This document shows, one piece after another, positions 1-9,884 of a stretch of DNA of 64,000 nucleotides (the stretch's first letter is position 1; every line of letters starts with the position of its first letter). Below the pieces are notes generated by a model that had not been told where the DNA came from, did no database searches, and saw nothing but the letters and a program-made list of their open reading frames with translations. Origin of the DNA: Vulcanimicrobiota bacterium (GTDB lineage: Bacteria; Vulcanimicrobiota; Xenobia; Xenobiales; JADMJV01). The position numbers and the translations under genes are program-made. The stretch is taken from positions 3,108,891 to 3,172,890 of the forward strand of contig JBFWNU010000001.1 in assembly GCA_050250895.1 (NCBI GenBank), read 5' to 3'.

Positions 1-1
1 C

Positions 2-40
2 AGCGAACTCATGCGAGACCTGGAGACGTTGCGCAGCTGA
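2..40 (+). CDS. C-terminal fragment of an upstream gene, probably DUF4132 (YehI-like)
   Basis: Frame 2 reads SELMRDLETLRS*, like the SE(V/L)MRD ending of DUF4132 proteins; its stop overlaps the next ATG (TGATG). Confidence 0.55.
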   Translation, partial: SELMRDLETLRS

Positions 41-1116
41 TGCAGGTCCAACGTCCGCCCGCCGAGCTACTCTACGCCGACGAACTGGCTCGCCTGGCCA
101 AGAAAGACAAGCACCCCCGCCCGCCGGGCTGGCGGTTGTCGCTGCCGGCGGTGCGTACTTTCATCATGGGTGACGACAAGCTCAAGGTTCGGCGCAAATT
201 CGTGGGCAATCCGTCGCTGGTGGATCGCGCCATGGTGACGCTGGCCACCGAGCGCGGGCTGATGCTGGTGGGTGAGCCGGGCACGGCCAAGTCATTGTTG
301 TCAGAGCTTTTGGCGGCCGCCATCTCAGGGCGCTCGACCCTGACGATCCAGGGGGGCGCCTCGATCACCGAAGACCAGATTAAATACTCCTGGAACTACG
401 CCCTGCTGGTGGCCGAGGGCCCCAGCCCCCGAGCCCTGGTGCCGGCCCCGGTCTATGAGGCCATGCGTGAGGGAATGCTGGTGCGCTTTGAAGAGATCAC
501 GCGTTGCCCCCTGGAGGTTCAAGACAGTCTGCTGTCGGTGATGTCGGACCGGGTGTTGGCCGTGCCCGAACTCGCGGGCAAGGACGGCATGGTTTTCGCG
601 GCCGAAGGCTTCAACCTGATTGCCACCGCCAACACCCGCGACCGCGGCGTCAACGAGATGAGCGCGGCGCTCAAGCGGCGCTTCAACTTCGAGACCGTCT
701 TTCCCATCCCTGATTTCGACACCGAACTGGCCCTGGTGCGGGAAGAGTCCTCGCGCCTGTTGGAACGCTCGGGCGTGCCCAAAGCTTGCCCCGACGACGT
801 GCTCGACCTGCTGGTCACGACCTTTCGCGAACTGCGCAGCGGGGTGACGGTGGAGGGTCAGGCCATGGAGCGGCTCAGCACCGTCATGTCCACCGCCGAG
901 GCGGTGGCCGTGGCTCACGCGGTGGGCGTGCGCGGTTGGTACACCCGCGGAGAACCCGGCAACCCGGCCGACCTGGTCGAATGCCTGGCCGGCACCGCCG
1001 CCAAGGACGACGCCGAAGACCTCAAGCGTCTGCGCACCTATCTAGAACAGCGAGTGCGCCGGCGCGGTGAAGCCCACTGGAAGGCTTTCTACGAGGCCCG
1101 CCATCGACTAGGGTGA
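40..1116 (+). CDS. MoxR-type AAA+ ATPase, YehL-like
   Basis: Walker A GEPGTAKS, Walker B variant RFEEITR, ATANTRDRGVNEMSAALKRRF. Confidence 0.9.
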   Translation: MQVQRPPAELLYADELARLAKKDKHPRPPGWRLSLPAVRTFIMGDDKLKVRRKFVGNPSLVDRAMVTLATERGLMLVGEPGTAKSLLSELLAAAISGRSTLTIQGGASITEDQIKYSWNYALLVAEGPSPRALVPAPVYEAMREGMLVRFEEITRCPLEVQDSLLSVMSDRVLAVPELAGKDGMVFAAEGFNLIATANTRDRGVNEMSAALKRRFNFETVFPIPDFDTELALVREESSRLLERSGVPKACPDDVLDLLVTTFRELRSGVTVEGQAMERLSTVMSTAEAVAVAHAVGVRGWYTRGEPGNPADLVECLAGTAAKDDAEDLKRLRTYLEQRVRRRGEAHWKAFYEARHRLG

Positions 1117-2151
1117 GCGCGAAGGCGCGCCCAGTAGCCCCGGCAACGCAAAAATTTGATGGGTGGCTTTGGACTGTTGGGCCTCGAGTTCATGTAGCCC
1201 GCCCTCGTAGTACTCTTTCATGCGCTGATAATACACCAGGTCGGTCTGACCGTCAGAGATCCAGACATAGTAGTAGCGGTGGACCTTGAGGTCGCCCTCG
1301 ACTTCTTTCTCGTCGAGGTCGGCTCGCACCAGCGAGTCGAAGGGCAGCTCGGCGTAGCCGCCGCGGTGCGGCCCGCTAATCACCCGCCGGACGCAGTCGA
1401 TCACCAGGGGCCGACTGTTGTAGATAGGGTACTCGATTCGCCCTTGCCCCGTCTGGGGTGAGCCGAAGCTGACCTCGATGGCCTGCTCGCGCAGGGCCAA
1501 CGGCACGATGCGCTCATTGCCCGCGACATCGTCTTCAAACTGCTCGAGACCCGCCCACTCCAGACCGTAGGCCGAGAACACCGCCGCTACCTGGGGGGTG
1601 TGGCGCAGTAGCCGGGTGTCGTCGGGCCGCTGGCGCGAGAGCAGCTCGCGATCGAAATAGATGGGCAGCAGATAGACCCTGCACTGGCGCAACTCTTCCA
1701 GGCTGTGGCGCCGATAGCCGGTGTGATCTTCAAAAAGGGGAGCCTGCTCGAGGGCGGCCCGAAATTCGCTCGGGCCCTGGAGTTGGGCCAGCCAGGCCTG
1801 GGCCGTTTGCAGGTTGCTCATGGCATGCACCTCATCGGCCAGGCAGCCCAGCACGGCGGCCTGATAAACCCGCCGTAAGATGCCCCCCGGTCGGTCGGGC
1901 ATTTCGGCCACGAACAGGTGGGCGTCAAAGCCTGGCAAGTCGGGGCAGTTCTGGACCGGCCCGACCACCCCGCGCACCACCCAGTGCACCTTGCCGGGGC
2001 GGGCAAAGGCCAGCCGACCGACCACGGTGCCACCGGGCAGCAAAGCCTCATCGAGAACCACCGGTTCGAAGGCGTGCTCGAGAGGCAGGTTGGGGCGAAG
2101 CGACAGGCCCAGGTGAAAGTCGGCGTAAAGCGGCATGAGAATGAATACCAC
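1108..2151 (-). CDS. Hypothetical protein (start may be ATG at 2136)
   Basis: 347-aa ORF with globular composition that fills the gap between two plus-strand genes. Confidence 0.7.
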   Translation of the reverse strand: MVFILMPLYADFHLGLSLRPNLPLEHAFEPVVLDEALLPGGTVVGRLAFARPGKVHWVVRGVVGPVQNCPDLPGFDAHLFVAEMPDRPGGILRRVYQAAVLGCLADEVHAMSNLQTAQAWLAQLQGPSEFRAALEQAPLFEDHTGYRRHSLEELRQCRVYLLPIYFDRELLSRQRPDDTRLLRHTPQVAAVFSAYGLEWAGLEQFEDDVAGNERIVPLALREQAIEVSFGSPQTGQGRIEYPIYNSRPLVIDCVRRVISGPHRGGYAELPFDSLVRADLDEKEVEGDLKVHRYYYVWISDGQTDLVYYQRMKEYYEGGLHELEAQQSKATHQIFALPGLLGAPSRSP

Positions 2152-2174
2152 CGTCCCGTCGGGAAGCCTCCCCG

Positions 2175-4373
2175 ATGCAGCTGCGGGTAGTGGGAGTGCG
2201 TCATCACAGTCCGGCCTGCGCCCGTTTGACCGAGGGGGTGATTCGTCAATTGCGTCCGGCGGTGGTGCTCATCGAGGGGCCGGCCGACATGAACGACCGC
2301 CTCGACGAGTTCCTGTTGGGACACGAGCTGCCCATCGCCCTCTTTAGCTATCATCACGCCGAGCCTTTCAGCTCGAGCTGCTGGGCTCCGTTCTGCGATT
2401 ATTCGCCCGAGTGGCGAGCCCTGGTGGCCGGCCGCGAGGTGGGGGCCGAGGTGCGCTTCATGGACCTGCCGGGCTGGTCGCGTTGCTTCTGGGAGCGCCG
2501 CAATCGCTTCGCCGACGGCGACCGCTTTCGGGCCGACTTCACCGCCGAACTCTGCCGTCGCCTCAATCTTGACGGGCCGGATGCCCTCTGGGACCACCTC
2601 TTCGAACTCGACGACGAGCAACTGGGCGAGCGCCTCGACAGCTACTTCGCCAAATTGCGCTCGGCCGACGAGGAGAGCCCCGAAGACCACGACCGCGAAC
2701 AGTTCATGGCCGCCTGCGTGGCCTGGGCCATGCGGCAAGGCGGGCCGGTGGTGGTGGTGTGCGGCGGCTTTCACAAGCCCTATCTCGAAGTGGCCTGGAA
2801 AGACCATTCGGGTGAATGGCCCGAGTTGCCCGAGAGCCCGGGCCGCCAGGGCAGCTATCTGGTCCCTTATTCTTTCAAGCGGCTCGACAGCTTCGTGGGC
2901 TATGAGTCAGGAATGCCTTCGCCGGCCTACTATCAGGCCGTTTGGGAGGTGGGCGTCGAGGGCGCGGGAGACCACTTGCTCCGGTTGGTCAGCCAACGGC
3001 TACGAGCCAGGAAGCAAGCCGTTTCGGCCGCCGACCTGGTGGCCGCCATGACCATGGCCCGAGGGTTGATGCAGCTGCGCGGTCACGCCGTGATGGGCCG
3101 CTGCGATCTGCTCGACGGGCTGGCTTCGGCCCTGCTCAAACAGGCCCAGGACAGTCCTTTGCCCTGGACCGGCCGGGAGCGGCTGCGAGCCGGAACCGAC
3201 CCGGTGGTGGTCGAGGTTCTGGCCGCCCTCTCGGGCGAACGGGTGGGCCGGCTGGCCGAGGCCACTCCTCAGCCTCCGCTGGTGGCCGACGCTTTCGCCC
3301 AAATTGCACAGGCCGGGCTCGAATTGCCTCAAGAGGTGACCTTGCAGCTCGAGAGCCAGGCCCGGGCCAGTCAGGTGCTGCACCGGTTAGCGGTGTTGGC
3401 GGTGCCGGGGTTCGAACGGGTGAGTGGCCCAAACCTGGCCGTCGAAGCCACTTTGACCGAGCGTTGGAGCCTGGCCGAGTTGCCCACCACCCGCACCGGT
3501 CTCATCGAGGCCGCCGCCTATGGCGGAACCCTCGAAGATGCCGCCCGAAGCCGTCTAGAGGAGTTGCTCCGGGGCTGCCAGGACAGTCAGGCTCTGGTGG
3601 CGGTGCTGACCAAAGCCTATTTCTGCGGGCTGTTCGAGTTTCAGGAGCGGGTGCTGCAGCTACTCTCGCAGTGCCTGGCGGCCGAGTCTTCGCTGGGCCG
3701 GTTGGGCGGTGGCCTGGCCGCCCTCATCGACCTCTGGCGCTATGGCGGCGGGCGCTTTTTGAGCTTTGTCGAGGCCATGTTCGAGCGCGGGTTGTGGCTG
3801 CTCGAGACCGTCGCCGGCGCCGGCTCGGGCCAGGATGGCGAATTGGTGGTGGCGGTGGCGGCCCTACGCGACGCGGTCTTGCATGTCGGGTCGCCGGTCC
3901 TGGCGTTGCAAGGGGTGCTGGCTCGCAAACAACACGACGCCCAGGCTCCGCCAGCCCTGCGGGGCGCCTGTCTGGGTGCTCTCTGGTCGCTGGGTCTGGC
4001 CGACCAGCGAGAGGCGGCCGCCGCGGTGAGGCGCACCGCGCTGCCCGAGCAGCTGGGAGATTTTCTAGCCGGACTCTTCGGTCTGGCCCGCGAGCAGGTC
4101 GTGGGCCAGCCCGGGCTGGTGGCCGTGATCGACGAGCTGGTGCGGGGGTTGTCGCGTCACGACTTCTTTCTGGCCTTGCCGGCGCTGCGGCTAGCCTTTA
4201 CCTACTTTCCGCCCCGCCAGCGCGACCAGCTGGCCCGACTGGTGCTCGAGTTGCACGGCGCTCCGCAGCAGAATCTGCGGTCTCGCCTCAAGGTGGCTCC
4301 CGCCGAGTTGGCCAGGGGCATGGAAGCCGATGCCCGCCTGCTCGAGCTAATGCAGCGATTCGGACTGGCCTAG
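2175..4373 (+). CDS. DUF5682 / YehM-like protein
   Basis: GVRHHSPACA, VLIEGPAD, VVCGGFH, GYESGMPSP motifs; yeh-like gene context. Confidence 0.88.
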   Translation: MQLRVVGVRHHSPACARLTEGVIRQLRPAVVLIEGPADMNDRLDEFLLGHELPIALFSYHHAEPFSSSCWAPFCDYSPEWRALVAGREVGAEVRFMDLPGWSRCFWERRNRFADGDRFRADFTAELCRRLNLDGPDALWDHLFELDDEQLGERLDSYFAKLRSADEESPEDHDREQFMAACVAWAMRQGGPVVVVCGGFHKPYLEVAWKDHSGEWPELPESPGRQGSYLVPYSFKRLDSFVGYESGMPSPAYYQAVWEVGVEGAGDHLLRLVSQRLRARKQAVSAADLVAAMTMARGLMQLRGHAVMGRCDLLDGLASALLKQAQDSPLPWTGRERLRAGTDPVVVEVLAALSGERVGRLAEATPQPPLVADAFAQIAQAGLELPQEVTLQLESQARASQVLHRLAVLAVPGFERVSGPNLAVEATLTERWSLAELPTTRTGLIEAAAYGGTLEDAARSRLEELLRGCQDSQALVAVLTKAYFCGLFEFQERVLQLLSQCLAAESSLGRLGGGLAALIDLWRYGGGRFLSFVEAMFERGLWLLETVAGAGSGQDGELVVAVAALRDAVLHVGSPVLALQGVLARKQHDAQAPPALRGACLGALWSLGLADQREAAAAVRRTALPEQLGDFLAGLFGLAREQVVGQPGLVAVIDELVRGLSRHDFFLALPALRLAFTYFPPRQRDQLARLVLELHGAPQQNLRSRLKVAPAELARGMEADARLLELMQRFGLA

Positions 4374-4843
4374 TCACCCCAGCGGGCCCGGCGTCGCCGT
4401 TCGGTGGCCGTTAGTTCGGCCAGCCTTCGGGCCGCCGGGGTAGACAGAAAGGCTGGGTCGGGGTCGAGGCCGACCCGGTCGAGATCGAGGCGGTCTGAAT
4501 CCCAGCAGGTGGCGATGGTGGGGTCGTGGCTAAAAACCAGATCGGTGTGCCCAGCGCAGGCCTGAAAGAGCGTCTCGAAGGCCTCGTCATCGAGTTCGAG
4601 GCGGGTCCGCAACTGGCGGGCCCGCTCGCCTCCGCGCAAGCCGTGGCCGGGGTCGTGGTCTTCATTCTGGCGCTGGCAGTCGTGAAAATAGGCAAAGCAG
4701 CGGACGACCACCGGATCGGCCCCGGTCTGGCGGGCCAGATAGAGCCCGTAGCACTCGACTCGCTGCCAGTGCTGATAGCCGTGGACAGAGTCCTCGCCGA
4801 GTCGATACTCGCGACGCAATAGCTCGACCAGTTCAGGATCCAT
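4370..4843 (-). CDS. HD-domain metal-dependent phosphohydrolase
   Basis: HGYQHWQRV, FHDCQR, HG, CWDSDRLDL. Confidence 0.85.
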   Translation of the reverse strand: MDPELVELLRREYRLGEDSVHGYQHWQRVECYGLYLARQTGADPVVVRCFAYFHDCQRQNEDHDPGHGLRGGERARQLRTRLELDDEAFETLFQACAGHTDLVFSHDPTIATCWDSDRLDLDRVGLDPDPAFLSTPAARRLAELTATERRRRARWGD

Positions 4844-4892
4844 GCTGGTGGGTTCGCAGGCGGCACGGGGCCCCCTTTCGAAGTTGGGCCAG

Positions 4893-6011
4893 ATGGAATT
4901 GGACCCTCTCCAACGTTGGCGATTGGTGCTGGGTGAGGCCGCGGCCGACCAGTTGGGCGGCTGTCAGGGACGATTGGCCGAGTGCGACGCGGCCCTGAGC
5001 TGGCTTTACGGACGCGAAGGCCAGGGCGAAGGACGCGAAGAGCGGCGCAGCGGTGGCAGCGACGACTCGCGGCTGACCACTGTCGACTGGCTCGATTCGG
5101 TCCACCAGCTCTTTCCCAAAGAGACCATCGAGCGGCTCGAGCGCGATGCCGTCGAACGCTATGAGTTAGAAGACCTGGTTACCAATCCGGCCGTGCTCGA
5201 GCGGGCCGAGCCCAATCAGACTCTGTTGCGGGCCGTGCTGCGCACCAAGCATCTGATGAATCCCGAGGTGCTGGCCATGGCTCGCAAGCTGGTGGCCGAA
5301 GTGGTCCGCCAGCTGATGGAGAAGTTTCGCACCAGCCTGCGCTCGGCTTTCCTGGGCACTCTCGACCGGCGCCGTTCCAGCCCCGTCAAGGTGGCCCGCA
5401 ACTTCGATTTTCGCCGCACTCTGATCGCCAACCTCAAGCACTACGACCCGGCCACCCGCCGGCTGGGGCTGGAACGGCCGTTCTTCCACGCTCGCACGCG
5501 ACGCCACACCGAGCGCTGGCAGTTGATCCTGCTCGTCGATCAAAGCGGCAGTATGCTCGATTCGACCATCCACGCGGCCGTGACCGCGTCCTGCTTATGG
5601 GGTTTGCCGGGCATGAAAGTGCACCTGTGTGCCTTTGATACCAACATCGTCGACCTCACCGATCATATCACCGACCCGGTCGAGACCTTGATGAAGGTCC
5701 AGCTGGGTGGAGGCACCGACATTGCCAGGGCGGTGGAGTATGCCACCAGCCTGATCGAGAACCCGCGCAAGGCCATGGTGGTGGTAGTGAGCGACTTTTA
5801 CGAGGGGGGGCAGGTGAGCTGGCTGGTGGCTCGGGTGCGAGCCCTGTGCGCTCAGGGCAGCCTGGTGCTGGGTCTGGCGGCCCTGGATTCTGAGGCCAAT
5901 CCCAGCTATGATCGCGAGATGGCCGCCCGGCTGGTGGCGGTGGGCGCACAGGTGGCCGCCATGACCCCCGGCCAGTTGGCCGAGTGGATCGCCGAGAAGG
6001 TGCGCCGGTGA
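4893..6011 (+). CDS. VWA (CoxE-like) domain protein, YehP-like
   Basis: RWRLVLG N-terminus, MIDAS DQSGSM, GGGTDI, VSDFYEG. Confidence 0.9.
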   Translation: MELDPLQRWRLVLGEAAADQLGGCQGRLAECDAALSWLYGREGQGEGREERRSGGSDDSRLTTVDWLDSVHQLFPKETIERLERDAVERYELEDLVTNPAVLERAEPNQTLLRAVLRTKHLMNPEVLAMARKLVAEVVRQLMEKFRTSLRSAFLGTLDRRRSSPVKVARNFDFRRTLIANLKHYDPATRRLGLERPFFHARTRRHTERWQLILLVDQSGSMLDSTIHAAVTASCLWGLPGMKVHLCAFDTNIVDLTDHITDPVETLMKVQLGGGTDIARAVEYATSLIENPRKAMVVVVSDFYEGGQVSWLVARVRALCAQGSLVLGLAALDSEANPSYDREMAARLVAVGAQVAAMTPGQLAEWIAEKVRR

Positions 6012-7882
6012 GACGGGATCTGCTGGCCTTGACCCCCGACAAGCTGGCCGCTCTGGCCAATCGCGGGCTGGTCAAGCGGGCCCAGAAGATGGTGGCCGAG
6101 GCCCCGCCCAGCCTGGAGATGCTTGAGGACGGCACCCTGGTGGCCCGCGACGGCGAGGTCGAGACGCGTCTGCCGGCCGGGGTTGCTCTGACCGAGACCA
6201 GTTGCAGTTGCCAGGCCAGAATGTGCCGTCACCGGCTGGCCGCGGTGCTGGCCTATGCGGCCCTGGGCCAGACGCGCGCCGACCAGACCCTGTGGTCGCC
6301 CGGCGAGTTTAGTGATGACCAACTCGAGCAGTTGCTGGGCAGTCGCGGGCTAAGCCGCGCCAGAAGCCTGGCTAGCCAGGGGCTGGTGGGGGAGATTTGC
6401 CACGAGGAGGTTCCCACCGTCCGGCTGGCCACCACCACCGTCCGTTTTCTGGTCGAGGGACACCCCGAGCACGCTCGTTGCGATTGTCAGCAGCGGACAG
6501 CCTGCCCCCACGTGGCCCTGGCCGTGTGGTTGTGGCGCGCCGCCGAGGGCCGGCCCGGCAAGGCTTCGCTGGGTTCCGAGACCATCGAGGCCGAGGGGTG
6601 GGGGCCAGCCCTGGAAGCGGTCCACCAGCTGCTTGGCGAGGGGGTCGCGCAGGCCGGACCGGGTCTTTTGGCCAGGCTCGAGCGCCAGGCTGCCAACTTC
6701 GGGCGCTGCGGCTGGGTCTGGCCCGGCGACCTGGTGAGCGAGTTGGCTGAGCATTTGCGCCTTTACCAGGGCCGCAGCGCGGCCTACTCGGCCGATGGTC
6801 TGTGTCTGCTCTTGACCGAGGTCGAAGCCCGGGCTCGGGCCTCGAGCAGCCAGGGGGCCTGCCCGGCTCGGGTGGTCCTGGGTCTGGAGGAGGCTCAGGA
6901 GACGAGCCTGGACCACCTTGACCTGGTAGGCCTGGGGGCTCGCTTGCGACCGGGCAGTCAGGGCGTGCTGGCCGAGGTCTATCTGGCCGACCCGGCCAGT
7001 GCCACCGTGCTGGTCATGAAAAAGGAGTTTCAAGGCAGCACCGCCCCCGAGGTGGCCAACCTGCGTCTGGCCCCCGAGGCTCGACTGGCCGCTCTCGCTG
7101 CCGGCCGCCTGGTAACCGGCCAGGCCCGGCGCCGACCCAATCGGCAGTTGATGCTGGGCCGTTCACGGTTAGGCAAGACCACGGTCACGCCCCAGGCCGG
7201 CCACTGGCATGTCTTGCCGCCACCTTTGTTGGTCGAGGACTTCTCGCTCTTTCGGCGCGAGCTCGACAGCCATCCGCCGGCCTTGATTCGGGCCCGGCTG
7301 CTGGCCGAAGGGGTGCGCGTGGTGCGGGTGGCGGCGGTAGGCTCGCTGGGCTATGCGCGGGCCACCCAGACCCTGTCGGCGGAGTTGCTGGATCATCAGG
7401 GGGTCAGCCTGTTGCTACGCCGCGAGCATCGGGCTGTGGTGCCCGGGGCGCTGGATGCGCTGGCAGCGGCCCTGGAGCAGGGGCCGGCCTACGTCAGCGG
7501 GCGGGTCGATTATCAGGGGGGCCTGCACCTGGACCCGCTGGCTCTGGTCACCGACCGGGTGGTGGTGCCCGATCTGTGCGAACCCGGCCAGGCCGAGGTG
7601 GCTGCCTGGGCTGGACCACCGCCCGACCCCCTCGAGGCGGCCTTGACCGCCAGCCAGCAGCTGCTGGTGGAAGCCAGCCAGCGGGGCCTTCGCCAGTTGG
7701 GTGAGGAGTGGTCTCAGCGGGCAGAAGCCCAGTCAGTAGTCCTGGGCGAGTTCGGTCTGGCCTCCCTGGCCGAGTCACTGGCCAGACTTTCCCGCTCGCG
7801 GACCGCCGTGGATTGGCTTGATTGTGCGCTTAGAGCCGAATTGACCGGCCTTTGTCTGGCCGGATGTCACAACCCGTCATGA
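6008..7882 (+). CDS. SWIM zinc-finger protein, YehQ-like
   Basis: Two SWIM motifs (CSC..CRH, CDC..CPH), LANRGLVKRA; GTGA overlap with the VWA gene. Confidence 0.88.
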   Translation: MRRDLLALTPDKLAALANRGLVKRAQKMVAEAPPSLEMLEDGTLVARDGEVETRLPAGVALTETSCSCQARMCRHRLAAVLAYAALGQTRADQTLWSPGEFSDDQLEQLLGSRGLSRARSLASQGLVGEICHEEVPTVRLATTTVRFLVEGHPEHARCDCQQRTACPHVALAVWLWRAAEGRPGKASLGSETIEAEGWGPALEAVHQLLGEGVAQAGPGLLARLERQAANFGRCGWVWPGDLVSELAEHLRLYQGRSAAYSADGLCLLLTEVEARARASSSQGACPARVVLGLEEAQETSLDHLDLVGLGARLRPGSQGVLAEVYLADPASATVLVMKKEFQGSTAPEVANLRLAPEARLAALAAGRLVTGQARRRPNRQLMLGRSRLGKTTVTPQAGHWHVLPPPLLVEDFSLFRRELDSHPPALIRARLLAEGVRVVRVAAVGSLGYARATQTLSAELLDHQGVSLLLRREHRAVVPGALDALAAALEQGPAYVSGRVDYQGGLHLDPLALVTDRVVVPDLCEPGQAEVAAWAGPPPDPLEAALTASQQLLVEASQRGLRQLGEEWSQRAEAQSVVLGEFGLASLAESLARLSRSRTAVDWLDCALRAELTGLCLAGCHNPS

Positions 7883-7914
7883 CAAATCGGGCTTGGGTGT
7901 TGTATTCTAGCAAC

Positions 7915-8190
7915 GTGATGAAACCGAAAATGTTGGTCCTCAGTCTGGTCGCGCTGCTCTCGACGGTTCTGGCTCCCGCCCTGGCCCACGAGCAAACGCA
8001 AGGGAAACACGAAGACCACCCCCATCACCACCAGGTGGTCGTGGTCGAGGTGGCCCAGGCTCGATACTATATCGCGACCTGCTCGCAGAATGACCTGTAT
8101 CAGCGCTTCGCCTCTCGCGAGGCCGCTTATCAGGCGGCTCAGGCCCACGCCCGTCAGACCGGGCACAAGACCGGAGTCATCAAAGAGTAG
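7915..8190 (+). CDS. Small secreted His-rich protein
   Basis: Sec signal ending ALA/H, HEDHPHHH, C-terminal C...HxxxTGH; TATTCT 6 nt before the GTG. Confidence 0.7.
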   Translation: MMKPKMLVLSLVALLSTVLAPALAHEQTQGKHEDHPHHHQVVVVEVAQARYYIATCSQNDLYQRFASREAAYQAAQAHARQTGHKTGVIKE

Positions 8191-8718
8191 TTACTGGCCG
8201 AGGATAATTCCCAGGCCCAATCCGAACAAGAAACCGGCCGCGGCATCGTTACCATCCTGATGATGACCGTGGCCGTGTCGATGATGGCCGTTACCATGAC
8301 CATAGCCGTGCTGGTGTCCCACCCTCGGGTTGTCGAAGTGGTGGTTGACGATGTAGCCGTCGCGGGCCACCGTGTGTTCGCCGGTACAAGAGTTGTAGCT
8401 TTCCTGGTAGCTGTGGGCGTTGCCCCAGTTGTCGTATTGGATGCTGGACTGGGTCTGCCAGCCACAGCGGTTCCAGCCGTGGGCTTCGGCCGGGGCGGCC
8501 GTGCCCAGGGTCAGGCCGGCGGCCACGACACCCAGACCGAGCACCGCGGCGGCTTTGCCAAATCCGCTGCTCTTGGGAGGGTCCCCTGCGCTCGACAGGT
8601 CGGCTACATCGGCGGGCAAGCCGGGGTCGGCGATTTCCTGGCCTTTGCTGGCCGAGGCCGAAGGGGGCGCCGTCTTGGCGGTGATGGTTCCGGCGTTGGC
8701 GCGATGGTTGACGAACAT
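8191..8718 (-). CDS. Hypothetical protein with low-complexity N-tail, internal signal-like helix and His/Gly-rich C-terminus
   Basis: GGAGG SD 6 nt upstream; AAAVLGLGVVAAGLTLGTAAPAEA; HGHG-rich tail. Confidence 0.75.
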   Translation of the reverse strand: MFVNHRANAGTITAKTAPPSASASKGQEIADPGLPADVADLSSAGDPPKSSGFGKAAAVLGLGVVAAGLTLGTAAPAEAHGWNRCGWQTQSSIQYDNWGNAHSYQESYNSCTGEHTVARDGYIVNHHFDNPRVGHQHGYGHGNGHHRHGHGHHQDGNDAAAGFLFGLGLGIILGQ

Positions 8719-8773
8719 GATATTCCTCCCAGAATTGCTGAGACCAGGTTAATTCGGCTGCGTTAAGAGATCG

Positions 8774-9808
8774 TCATCCGACCAGGCGCTGACAGAACCA
8801 GTAGAAGCCGGCCAGAGCAACCAGGATCGAACCGAGCCGAACGCAGGCGGTCCGCCACACTTGCTTGTGAACCCACAGGATGATGGGAAAGGCGATCAGA
8901 GTGATGATCAGCTGGCCCAGTTCGACGCCGACGTTGAACGATACCAGGGGAACGGCCGCTCCCCAGCCGTGGAGATGCATTTCTTGCAGGACGCTGGCAA
9001 AGCCCAGACCGTGGAGCAGTCCGAACCCTCCGGCCACCAGGGGGCGCCGATCGTGCTCGTCGGTCTCGAGCTGGGGCCAGAAGTTCAAAGCGGCCGCCAG
9101 CACGATCGAGAGGGCGATGGCGCACTCGACCAACTGACCGGGCAGACTGACCAGGTCGAAAACCGCCAGAGCCAGGCTCAAAGAGTGGGCGATGGTGAAA
9201 GCGGTGACCACCTTGACCAGCGTCCACAGCCGGCCGCCAGCCAGCAGCAGACAGAGCAGAAAGAGGATGTGGTCGTAGCCCGTCAAGATGTGGACGACGC
9301 CCAGCCCGATGAATTCCCGGATGGACTGGCGGGGTGCCTCGAGAGCCACCACCGTCTCAGGGTGTTCTTTAGTAAAGAGCAGACTGGTCGAACTCTCGCC
9401 GTTGTGGAGGACGGCCAGGGTGCGCCCGGTAGGGTCGTCGGGAGGAAATAGATCGTAGAAGATCCGCAAACCGGCCAGGGGCTGGTCAAAGCTCACTTTG
9501 AACTCGAGTCGATAGTGGCTGGGCGAGGTTTCGAGCCAGCGTGGCTCAGACGGACTGCCCTTGGTCTGGTTGGAAAACAGTTCGAAGTGGCCCTCGAGCA
9601 GAGCGGCCAGATCGACCCCGCTGAGCTCGCCTGGAGCCACTTCTCCGTCGCCGTCGCGGTCGGCGGTGGCCAGCATGGCCCGCGGCACTTTCCAGTCCAC
9701 CGTGACCATCTGGCCCTCGACCCGAAACTCGATGTACGCGTCGTTTAGGGGGTGAGCTCCAGCAGGCAGGCTCAGCCACACCAGCAGTATGACCCAGAGG
9801 TGGCGCAT
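8774..9808 (-). CDS. HupE/UreJ family membrane protein
   Basis: HILTGYDHILFL, TAFTIAHSLSL, FGLLHGLGFA, FNVGVELGQL. Confidence 0.9.
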   Translation of the reverse strand: MRHLWVILLVWLSLPAGAHPLNDAYIEFRVEGQMVTVDWKVPRAMLATADRDGDGEVAPGELSGVDLAALLEGHFELFSNQTKGSPSEPRWLETSPSHYRLEFKVSFDQPLAGLRIFYDLFPPDDPTGRTLAVLHNGESSTSLLFTKEHPETVVALEAPRQSIREFIGLGVVHILTGYDHILFLLCLLLAGGRLWTLVKVVTAFTIAHSLSLALAVFDLVSLPGQLVECAIALSIVLAAALNFWPQLETDEHDRRPLVAGGFGLLHGLGFASVLQEMHLHGWGAAVPLVSFNVGVELGQLIITLIAFPIILWVHKQVWRTACVRLGSILVALAGFYWFCQRLVG

Positions 9809-9884
9809 CAAGGGCTGCGTTCTGGTCCCTTGGGCCGATCCCCTGGAAGGAAAGACGGGTCAAAGCTGGAAGCAGGGGGCCGTC

